Origin: Prasinococcaceae sp. CCMP 1430
Lineage: Eukaryota; Plantae; Prasinodermophyta
Assembly: GCA_013416795.1 (NCBI GenBank)
Contig: RQSC01000907.1
Span: 15,641 to 79,640 of the forward strand
Length of the DNA: 64,000 nt
Direction: 5' to 3'
Of the stretch, positions 45,268 to 54,934 are shown piece by piece. Position 1 is the stretch's first letter, and the number at the start of each line of letters is the position of its first letter. The notes under the pieces are model-generated. The model was given only the letters and a program-made list of their open reading frames with translations, was not told the DNA's origin and did not search any database. The position numbers and the translations under genes are program-made.

Positions 45268-46057
45268 TCATTGGCGGCCGCGACCGCGGCCGCGGCCGCC
45301 GCCATCCCCGCCCCTACCGCCGCCCCTGCCGCCCCTGCCCCTGCCGCCCCTGCCGCCATCATTACCGCGCCCACGCCCCCTGCCGCGCCCGCCGCCGCGC
45401 CCGCCGAAGTCGCGCTTGGGTTCGTCCTTCACCATGTCGAGCACCTCGTCCGGCACGCGCAGGTACTTGATCATGTTGCCGCGCACGTAGGCCTCGGGGA
45501 GGCGCCAGAACTTGTCGCCTGGCGATGGCAGCGCGGGTGGACGGGCGCGGGCGCGGGAGAGGGAGAGAGAGACAGAGAGAGAAAGGCGCGTGAGCGCGCG
45601 CGCGTGCCGGGCGTGTCAGTCGCTCGCATGCGGGGCAGCTCCGGTGGCGGTGCAGCACGGCAGGAGATCGGGGCCGGGCGTCGGCAGGCCGCGGCGCGCG
45701 CGCTCTGGCCGGCGGCGGCGCGCGCGGCAGGGCCTGCTGGGCGCGCAGCTCACCCTCGCGGGAGGTGAGGATGACCTCGCGCAGGTGCAGATTCATCCAC
45801 GTGTCGCACGCGACGAGGTGGCCGTTGTAGGTCTCGCCGCTCTTGAGCTCGATGAGCATGGGGTGGCCCTGCGCGGTGCGCAAGAGCGAGAGCGGAAGCT
45901 GCAGCGGCGAGGGCGCGGGTGGGAGGGGGCGCGGTGCGAGGTGGGTGCGCGGCGACGACGCGCGCGTCGCGTCGCCGGCGGTAGCGTGTCAGCGCCTGGG
46001 CGGCAGGAGAGGTAGGCTGCGCGNATCCGCGCGCGCGCGCGCGCGCGCCCTCACCAT
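45268..46057 (-). CDS. LSM4: U6 snRNA-associated Sm-like protein LSm4; exons 46057-46055 (ATG only), 45898-45754, 45518-45268
   Basis: M|[48 protein letters not shown]|[26 protein letters not shown] followed by an RG-rich tail. Confidence 0.97.
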
Positions 46058-46422
46058 GGCTGCGCGCGGCGTGGGACCGCCCCGAGGCCTCCCCCCTCCG
46101 CCGCTGTCGCGCGCGGTGTGACGTCCGCCCCCCACACCCACCCAACCACCCACCGCACGCGCACACGCCCTCCCCTCGCTCGGCGGGCGCCGCTGCGGCG
46201 GCGGTTCGGGTTTTCGCTTTTCGCCTTTTCTGTCTGTCAGGCTGAACGTCGCAGAACCCGAATGCGCATTTTGGGTCAAAATCCATAGGGTTCCTATCCT
46301 GAGTCGGTCGGCCTGGTGGGTTGGGTGGTCGGAGGGGTGGTGCGCGTGGCGGGCGCTCTGTCGCACCGGTACGGACCGGTGCGGTGCTCATTACACTCAT
46401 TGCCTGGCTCGGCTGCGGTGTC

Positions 46423-48800
46423 TTACGCTCGGTCTGCGGCGGGCGAGTCCACCGCGTCGTAGTCGAGCACGCGCGGCGTGTCCATATAGCTGGAGAACTG
46501 CCTCGCGACCATCTCCTGGCCCTTCACCATGCGAGAAGGCGTGTGCGAGTGGGGCCCTTCGTCCGCTCCTGAGGATTCCTCCCCCGGCGCGGGACCCGCG
46601 GAGGCAAGCTGCGTGCCGTGTCTTTCCTCCTCGGTCGGGCACTCCGTCGCCGCGGTAGTGGCGGTGGCGGAGGTCGTCTCGTCGTGAGAATGCCCGGATC
46701 CCACCGTGGCGACGGACGAATCGGACGTGGTGTTGCTGCTCGCCGTCGGGCTCCCTCTGGTGCGCATTCTCGAAGAAATCTCCGAGTCGAGCTCGCGCAC
46801 GAGCTCGCGCAGGGCCACGTCGTGGTCGTCCTCGTCGCCCCCGCCGTCGCCAGGCATTGCATACTGCAGAACGCGGGGGGTGTCCAGAAACGCGGAACAC
46901 ATGCGGCCCAGCTTGGATTCGGCAGCTGCAAGGACAGCCTCCGAGTCCAGCGCGGCTGCCGAGGATCCGGTCGCGCGCGAAGTGTCGCCCATGGCGGGCG
47001 GTGTCCCCGCCCCATGCACCTCGGAGGCACAGTCGCCACGTCCCCTCGCTCGTCCCGCCCGCTCACTGGCACTGGCCAGCTGTGTGCTGCCACTCGCAGC
47101 AGCGACCGGCGCCCGCGCCCGCCGCACGCTGCGCATCGAACGCAGCATTGCGGGCGATGGGCGTCGTACGCTCGTCGGAGTCGTCTCCTCCCACTGGCAG
47201 GAGAAAGCGCTGCGCTCTCCCGTCGCTTTCCTTTGATCTTCAGGGGGAACCACCATCAGCGGCTCCTCTCGCTGTCGGGCCTGCTCGTCAAAACTTTGCG
47301 TGCCAATGGCATCGTCATCTTCTAGCGCGTCGATGCACGCATCGATGGCGGCACGAGCGCCGGCGAGCTCGCACATCAGCCGCGTTTCAGCCTCGCGCAC
47401 GGCAGCGGTCGCTTGTGTGAACTCACTCCACCGCGTTTCGAGTCGCGCGCGCCACCGTAGCAGCCGCCGCACTGGCGCTCGGCGCGCGCGAGAGGTCTCT
47501 TCCTCGATCGCGTCGTGCGACGGGTCCGATTGCGCGGGCGGCGCGCTGCCGTTGACAGTCACAGGTGTTTGAAAAGTCACGGTGGCGCGCTGCACTTTCT
47601 TTTCTTCCCATGGCGTCGCATTCGCTGCCGTCGAGGTCGCCTGCCTGAGCGCGCCCATCGTCACGGGCTTGTGCAAAACACCGCGCGCGCCCCAGCGCAT
47701 GCTCTCCTCTCGGACACCATCAGCCTCCCGCGTATTCGAATCCACTCCACTCATGACTAGCACACACGTTCGGCTGAGTGCAGCTTTTCCGCGTGCACTC
47801 GACATCAGACGACGCAGCATGGCCGGCCCGCTGCAGCGCGGCATTCGGTGGTCCGCCAGGATTAAGTCGAACACGAACAGGGGCTCCGGTGTCGCCCAAT
47901 TGTGATGCTCGTCGTCGTCGTCAGCGTAGAGGGAGAAGGGGCCTGGAGCACTGCCGCGCTCCGTTTCGACAGTCCCGACGTCACCATCTGGCGTGCGAGC
48001 TGGAGCGCGTTTTTGCTCGCTGCTTTTGGAGGCGCCACCGTGACGGTCAGCGCCGCCACCATCGTCATTCTGGACGAACGCGGCCATCTCCATGACGACG
48101 CCCGCGCCCTCGTCGCCGTCGGCGGCGGACCAAACGGCATAGCCCATTCTCTCGAGCAGGCGTCGGCAGATGAGCCGCGTGGCGGGATCGTCGTCCACCA
48201 CCAGGGCACGCCCGAGCGCGCCGCGCGGCGGCTCCAGCTGGGACAGCGACGCCGCGGTACTGGCACCACGCCCGAGGCTGTCTGCTCCTCCGATGCCGCG
48301 CGGCCGCGCGTCTGAGGCCGCCGTCCCACCGAGCCTCCGACTCGCCGGCGCCGACTCCGGCTTGTGCGCGGGCATCCCCCCGTGCAGTCCGCCGATGAGC
48401 GCAAGGCTCTCGTCGGCGGAGCGCCACGCCATGCCTGCCGAGGATAGCAGAGGGACCGGGGTGCGCGCCGGGCTCGTCGGGGCGGCGCCGCCGTGGCTCG
48501 GGCCCTCGCCCGCGCCGTCGCGGTCCTCGCCCGCGGCCGCCGAGGCAGATGGAGTGGCGTGCTGCGCCTTGGACTGTCTCGCGCCGTGGACCTGTTGTGG
48601 CTGCTGCGGCCGCCCTCGCGCTTGGGAAGTCCTCGGGCGCGCGGGTGTCGGCGGTTGATGCCTCCGCGCACTGCGATCGACGTGCCGCGCGGTGGTGTAC
48701 GCGTTGTACGCAACGCGCTCCCCGCTGGGCGACGTGAGCGCCTCGGCGGCGGCCGCCGCCGCGTGCGACACGGCGTCCGCCGCGAGCCGCGCGGCGGCNN
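46423..48800 (-). CDS. response-regulator receiver (REC) domain protein with no recognisable DNA-binding output; 5' end uncertain (Ns at 48799-48804)
   Basis: RALVVDDDPATRLICRRLLERMGYAVWSAADG, FDLILADHRMPRCSG (acceptor Asp codon 47851-47853), VLVMSG and GARGVLHKPVT. Confidence 0.85.
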
Positions 48801-49377
48801 NNNNCCGCGCGCCGCGCCGCGCGCGTCCGCTGGCCCTCGAGTGGTGCGTCGCAGGGAGGGTGACGCCGTGGGCGGCGGGGGGGGTGCGGGCAACGCGCCC
48901 CCGCACCGCCGCCGCCCCGCACTCTTTCGCGCTGCCTCCTTTGGCGCCGCCGGCGAACTCCTCTCTTTCCGAATGAGAGAGAAATGACCACATCCGAGCA
49001 CCCAATTGATTTTGATTGGCTGAAACCTGAAACCTGAAGAAGCATCAAAATGCATTGCGCCGCGGATGCGGATGGAATGAGAATGAATGAGGGAGGCGCC
49101 CTCTCAATTTGATACGAAAAACAGATTTGTGGTCGTGCACATTTTTCCAGGATTGCTCTCCCGTGGGTAATGTCGCGTCGCATTCGCTTTAGATTTCGTT
49201 TTCGGACGGGGCTGACCCCCCCCCCCTTCCACCCAATGGGACCCATCAGAATGAGAATGTTTTGCGAGACGAGGTCGGGCCGCCCTCATCGCGTGATACC
49301 AGGCGGCGCCGCGCCGTCGGCCTCGCTATCGCGCGAAATCGCTCGCGATCGCGCTCGCCGCCGTCGGGGCGCGAGAC

Positions 49378-49441
49378 GCGCAGCGCAGTGCAGCGCAGCG
49401 CAGCGCAGCGCAGGCGTTAGCTAGCAGTGCAGCGCAGCGCG
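49378..49441. repeat. (CAGCG)n pentanucleotide repeat
   Basis: cagcgcagtgcagcgcagcgcagcgcagcgcag...gcagtgcagcgcagcgc seen directly. Confidence 0.8.
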
Positions 49442-49913
49442 GGCGCGGTCGCGGGCGCGGGCGCGCCACACCTTGGGCGGGGCCGGGGTGTTGTGTGCGC
49501 GGAGGGGACCCACGAGGGCGCCAGGTTGCCGGCGAGGGGGCGGCGCGCGGGGGAAGCGCGGGGCGGGGCAGGGGGGGGTGTCAGAGCGCGCTCGCGGCGC
49601 GACATCGGCGGACGCGCGGCGCCGGGGGACGCTCCCGTTCTCGCCGTGCCGGCGCGCGGGCCCTCGAGAGGGAGGGGGAAGAGGCAACGGGCGGGGCCAG
49701 AAAGGGGAAGTGGGAGGGTGCGCGTGACGGAGTGGCTCGCCGTCGCCGAGGTGGCGAGAGAGGCCCGCCGAATCAGGCCCTGATCCCCGCCGGGAGCGCC
49801 CGTCTCCGCGCGCGCCGCGCCGCCGAGCGCGAGAGCGAGCGAGCACGAGCGCGCGGCCAGGCCCAGGCGCGTGCAGCGCACCTCTCGCGCTCAACCCGCG
49901 CCACTCTATCGCC

Positions 49914-52900
49914 ATGACCCGCACCAAGGAGGTAGCGCGCAAGTCCCATGGTAGGCCTTGGGCGCCCTGGGCGTCCCTCCCTACGATCCAGCAAACGTTG
50001 GACGCGCTGGCCGATGCCATCGCGAGCGCGCCGGGGGAGCACCAGAGCGGCGCCGACGGGGGCGCCGCCGCAGCCCAAGGCGATGGCGACGGAGGCAGCG
50101 GAGATGGCGACAGCGGCGCGGATGGGGATGCTCACGGACGCGATGGCAGCAGCGATGACCGTGACAACTGCGACAATAGCGGCGATGGCAATGACAGCGA
50201 CCGCAGCGGCCGCACCGGCGGCATCCACGCCAGCGGCAGGAGCGGCAGCCGCGACGGCAGCGACAGGAGCGGCGAGAGCGACAGCACGAGCAGCAGCAGC
50301 GACGACAGTGGCGGCGAAGACGGCGGTCGCGCCAGCCAAAGCAAGAGCAGCGACGACGACGGCGGCGCCGAAGGCGGTCGCAGCGGGGGCGAAACCAGCG
50401 GGGACGACGGCCAGTTCTATGCGCAGCCAGCGGCAGGCGACGCCGCGGCCGGCGCCGGTGCCGCACCTGCCGGTGCCGCAACCGGCGCGGGCGCCAGCCC
50501 GAGCTCAGGCGCGAGCCCGGGCCCGCGCGAGGTGTGGGAGTCGCTGCAGGTGGACTGGAGTGCCGGGAACGAGCGCGACGGGGACATCTACCTGGTCGGC
50601 GGCAGCGGCACGCGGCGCCTGGCCATGCGCCGGACGGCGTGGACCGACGGCCATGGCGACAACAGGTACGTGTACACCACAGAGGGCATACTGGAGCGCG
50701 ACTTCTTCATGACACAGCGGGCTGCGGACGCGGTCGACCTACTCGTGCGCTGTCTCGGCATGGGAGTGCAGGAGCACCTCGAGGCGCACCAGCGCAATCA
50801 GCAGCTGCTCTGGACGCTTGAGCGCGTCGCGGCGTCTGCAGCGGGAGGCGAGGGCTGGCAGGGGCCCGCGTCGAAGGACATGAAGGTGCGAGCAGCAGGG
50901 AGAGAGCTGGCGCGAGCGCGGCGCCGCGCCGAACGAGGCGGCACTCACGGCGACGCGCCTGCGCAGAGGTGGAGGAGGCGCATGCGCGCCAGGAACTCCA
51001 TGCGGGACGCCTGCGCGCATGTACGCCGCCGCGCAGATTCTGACAAGCGCGGGCGGCACACTCCTTTCTGCGTCTGCATGCATGCAACTGACTCACGCTC
51101 CGCTGTACCGCCCGCCCCCATCTTCGCGTCTGGTATCAGGAATGGGGCCCATTCTTGATGTGGCAACTCGTCGGCCACCGCCTGGAGATGCCGCGTGGCC
51201 TGCACGGCAAGCTCACGCGCGGCACCATCGTCCGCCCGTCGCAGAAGACCTTCCGCAAGACTTCTGGCCTTCAATCGGGCGCTGTATACATCGCGTGGGA
51301 CGGCGATGGCACGAGCGCGGGCGAGAGTGCAGACGCCGGCGGGGCCGTTGGTGGGGGCGTGACCGACAGCGTGGACGACTGCAATTCAGTCCATCTTTGC
51401 AGCGGTAGGCCCCTTTCCCAGCCAGACTGCTGGCGCTGGCTGGAACCCTTTCCTGGACGCGCTCCGGAAATTTGTGCGCTCAACCAGATGCAGGCCGATG
51501 CCTATCGTGAGCTCTTCTCTGAGCTGAAGTACCGCGTTTTGCGGGCCGGGAAAATGAAAGGGCCGCGCAAAGTCAAGTCAGCTGGGGCGGGCGGCGCGGA
51601 CGGCGTTAGCGGGCGCGACGGGGAGGACGCTGCAGCGGCGATGATCAGGGCGGAGGAGAAGGACCGAGCGGGCAATGGCGCGCCGGGCAAGTCCAGGAAG
51701 GTGAGGGACATTGTCGCCATCATGGCGACATTGCACGCGAAGAACTCCATGCCTACGCCTGTCGCGCGTAAACGCGGGCACGATGATGGGGCTGAGGCGG
51801 GGGTTACGAATGAGGGCGCTGCAAAAATCCCAGAGGGCACGAGGCGCGTGGCCCCTCTTCCCGCCCGACCGCCACGCGGTACGGTGCGGTGTGCCGCAAG
51901 AGGGCACAAGTTCAGCGAGGGCGAGGTGGAAAACATGCTGATCTACATTTTCAAGGCAGTGCCGCTCTCTTGCTACGAGGCAAACCCGGCGTGTATGTAC
52001 AGCGAAGCGTTCTGGCGCGGCGCGATCGAGGCAAACTTCATCGCTGAAGGGCGCACAGCCACGTCTGTCGCACAATTCGCAAGGCGCGTCCTAAAGGGGT
52101 ACGTAGAGAAACACTACGACGACAGCGAAGGAAAGAAGCCTGAGGTGAGATGCTGCGACACCTTCCCGCGCGACGCAGGCGTGCGCCCACGAACCATTCC
52201 AGCGCGTCGCGCGCGCTACGCGTCCAAACGTTTCCGATGCGATCTGACTTCCTTCTGCCCCCACGCAGACGGCGCTGAGGACGCGCAAACGCAAGACAAG
52301 CGCGGGGCCAGCACCGACCCAGGCACCTCATTCGAAGCCCGGGAAGCGCACGCGACGAGCGAAGAGCACGCAGCCCTCGCGCTTTGAGCGGAATGTGTCA
52401 GGGCAAGAGGTTCTCGCTCCTGCGGAGGCAGTTGACAGCCACGCGCAGGCGCAGCTCGAGGCCCTCCAACAGGAGCTGCGCGAAGCCACACTCGCCAAGA
52501 GCGAGGCTGAGCGCCGGCTACGAGCAGAGCGCGCGCAGAGCGACCGGCGGGCGATACGTGACGCCCGCACACTCGCATCCCTTGACGCGGAGCAGAGGAG
52601 AACCAAGGCGGAGCTAGCCAAGGTGCGCGCCGCGCTGCTCCTCCATGCGCCCCACTGCCCGGAGGCTCTCAGCGACGGCACGTGTGCACGCACAATGCGT
52701 TGGCCCTACGTGCCCGGTGCGCGAGCTGCACGCGCGCGGGGCGAGGAGCCCGCGAGTGGCCAGGGGGATGAGCAGCTCAGACAGGGGCCGCTCGCGAGCC
52801 TCGAGGAGGTGCTGCGCCTGCTGCGGGCCGAGGCTGAGCCGTCGAACGAGGCCATCGCCAACACGCTAGACTACATCGGCGAGGTGCAGGAGAGACAGGG

Positions 52901-53543
52901 GGCGCTCGATCCTGCGCTTGCGAGCTACGAGGAGGTGCTGCGCCTGAGGCGGGCAGCGGTTAAGAAGCCCTCGGACGGGGCCATCGCCGCCGCGCTAGAA
53001 AACATCGGGTTCGTTCAGGGAAAGCTTGGGGCACTTGAGACAGCGCGTAAGAAGCACCAGGAGGCGCTGGATATTCGCCGCAAGGCGCTGGGCGACGACC
53101 ACCCAAGGGTTGCCTTGTCCCTCCTCAACATTAGCGATGCCTGCAATAAGATGGGCAGGCACGATGAGGCCCTCGCCGCGGCGGAGGAGTCCATGCGCAT
53201 CTCCCGGGCCGCTCTTCCTTTCCTCGCGTCTGCGGCCGACGTTCGGGACGTGCGTCACAACCTGGGCATCGCCATCAACAACGCCGGCGAAGCGCTCCAC
53301 GGCCTGGGTCGCTTCGACGAGGCCATTGCCAAGTGCGAGGAAGCGCTGGACGTGTACGCAGTTGTTGGTCTGCGCGACGACCACGAGCACCCAACTCAGG
53401 CGCGCGATCTGCTCGGACGGGCGAAGAGGGGGGAAGGGCCCGAGTGTTTCGAGGGAGGTGACTCTGGGCAAGACGAGGAGCAAGCCACGGACGGCGCGAC
53501 CCCCTGTGCTGTCGAGCCTGTTGAGCAAGTGCTCGCGCAATAA
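49914..53543 (+). CDS. multidomain protein: H3-tail-like N-terminus, G/D/S-rich linker, Tudor-like, Rap1-type Myb-like, coiled-coil and TPR regions; exons 49914..50885, 51140..52144, 52269..53543 (possible extra in-frame intron 52623-52763)
   Basis: Phase-0 introns 50886-51139 (GTGCGA..ACTGAC..TCAG) and 52145-52268 (GTGAGA..CTGAC..GCAG) join ORFs 49914.., 51155.. and 52395..53543 in frame. Kinesin-light-chain-type TPRs are clear (IANTLDYIGEVQERQG..ALASYEEVLRLRR; LDIRRKALGDDHPRVALSLLNI). Confidence 0.7.
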
Positions 53544-53584
53544 GTAACTTGTCGTTGCGGTTCTCAGGTCGATGACTTGCACGA

Positions 53585-53705
53585 GAGAGCGCTACGCGCG
53601 GAGCACGCATGCCGACGATGAACTGTGCAGGCCGTCGGAAAGGATCCCAAGGACCTTGCGCGTCGGCCAGCAGGTGAGGTCGATTGGCTTGTCCCGCTTG
53701 GTGAA
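53585..53705 (-). mobile_element. 3' fragment of an RLE-type non-LTR retrotransposon ORF
   Basis: The minus strand reads LFTKRDKPIDLTCWPTRKVLGILSDGLHSSSSACVLRA*, a diverged copy of the end of ORF 53935..54444 (LFTNRVTQADPSRWPTGKVFRVLADGLHSSSSACVLRA). Confidence 0.75.
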
Positions 53706-53708
53706 GAG

Positions 53709-53777
53709 GTGCTGCAAAGGGTGCGATTACAGTGCAAGGAGACGCAAGCGCAAGGTTGCGTAGCGCGCGTGTGTAAG
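53709..53777 (+). repeat. ~70-bp module M (copy 1)
   Basis: GTGCTGCAAAGGGTGCGATTACAGTGCAAGGAGACGCAAGCGCAAGGTTGCGTAGCGCGCGTGTGTAAG is a close reverse-complement match to 54470-54539. Its first 23 nt are the exact reverse complement of 53814-53836. Confidence 0.92.
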
Positions 53778-53849
53778 CCACCCCCTCGCTTGGCAGTTCT
53801 TCACCCCTCGTATTGTAATCGCACCCTTTGCAGCACTTCACCCGCCCCG

Positions 53850-54444
53850 ACACAGCTGGCGCAGCCCTGTACGAGGCCCTGCAATCCATGCATCAAGAAC
53901 GAGCTCCTCACCCTCTCGTCGCACCGGCTACCACGTGCACACCAACGGCCCCAGCTCCACCAACTCGTTCGAGTACTCGTTCGGTACTGACGAAAATGGC
54001 CAGCCCACTGACCTGCGCTCGGACCTAGTCATCACCGACACCGACACAGGCTACAGACACTGCCTCGACGTCACCTTCACGGATCCGTCAGCCAAGGTCA
54101 ACATGGCAGGCGCGAACCCGTCCACGGCGGCAGGCCTGGAGCACCTCTACAAGGTCCACGTCCAGCGCTACGCGAAGATCTGCGAGCACCACCGCATCCA
54201 GTTCCACACGCTAGCGTTCGACACCCTGGGCCGTGCACACAGGTCCACCAGGGGGGACATCCGCCACCTCTTCACCAACCGGGTCACGCAGGCGGACCCA
54301 AGCCGCTGGCCGACGGGCAAGGTCTTTCGGGTCCTTGCCGACGGCCTGCACAGTTCATCGTCGGCATGCGTTCTCCGCGCGTGCGGCGTGCACACACACG
54401 ACCGCCCCAGGCGCCGCTCTCGCGGCAGCGCTGCGGGCGGATAG
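53850..54444 (+). mobile_element. restriction-like endonuclease (RLE) domain of a 5'-truncated non-LTR retrotransposon
   Basis: DLRSDLVITDTDTGYRHCLDVTFTDP...YKVHVQRYAKIC..IQFHTLAFDTLG fits the RxD..(L/I)DVT..P..K..KY..F.PLA.ETLG pattern of R2/CRE-type RLE domains. Confidence 0.75.
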
Positions 54445-54469
54445 CTAGCTTTCACTCATGCCCTTACTT

Positions 54470-54539
54470 CTTAGACACACGCGCGCTACGCAACCTCGCG
54501 CTTGCGTCTTCTCGTACTGTAATCGCACCCTTTGCAGCA
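54470..54539 (-). repeat. ~70-bp module M (copy 2, inverted relative to copy 1)
   Basis: CTTAGACACACGCGCGCTACGCAACCTCGCGCTTGCGTCTTCTCGTACTGTAATCGCACCCTTTGCAGCA on the + strand. Confidence 0.92.
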
Positions 54540-54830
54540 GATCCGCGGGACCTTGTCGCCATCGCAGACCGTCTCGACATTGTCGATGATGGAGAGGATC
54601 ATGGCTTCGGGGTCCAGCTTGCGGATCTCGGTGACGTACTGCATCAGTGGCTCGCGAGAGACCAGGCAGTGCAGGAGGGACCCGAAGGCGCATCCTTGGG
54701 TGGCGCCGCGAGACGAGATGACCCGTTCGTTGCTGGCGCTGCCAGCGACGAAGAACGACGTCGGGCCGCCGTACAGGAGGCGCACGTAAGGCAAGAGCTC
54801 CGGCATGTCACGCTTGACCGCAGGCAAAGG
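54540..54830 (-). mobile_element. reverse transcriptase fragment (non-LTR, CRE/SLACS-like)
   Basis: LLPYVRLLYGGPTSFFV..VISSRGATQGCAFGSLLHCL (the G.xQG.xLGP.LF motif) and MILSIIDNV (a degenerate YxDD position). Confidence 0.75.
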
Positions 54831-54934
54831 GCGTGCAAAGCGATTGCCATGGCTGTTCGGCCTTGTGGCTGTGGCAGCTCGCTCGATGCCACTTTGGACC
54901 TACGTACGCACACGCACAACGCAATGATCACTTA

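Noticed and set aside
49914-51158. Histone H3 or CenH3 gene
   Set aside because: Only the first 12 residues resemble H3. No histone-fold sequence was found in any downstream frame I examined.
53709-54539. Module M as a tRNA, snRNA or HDV-like ribozyme
   Set aside because: I could not recognise a cloverleaf, Sm site or nested double pseudoknot by eye. Left unassigned pending an Infernal search.
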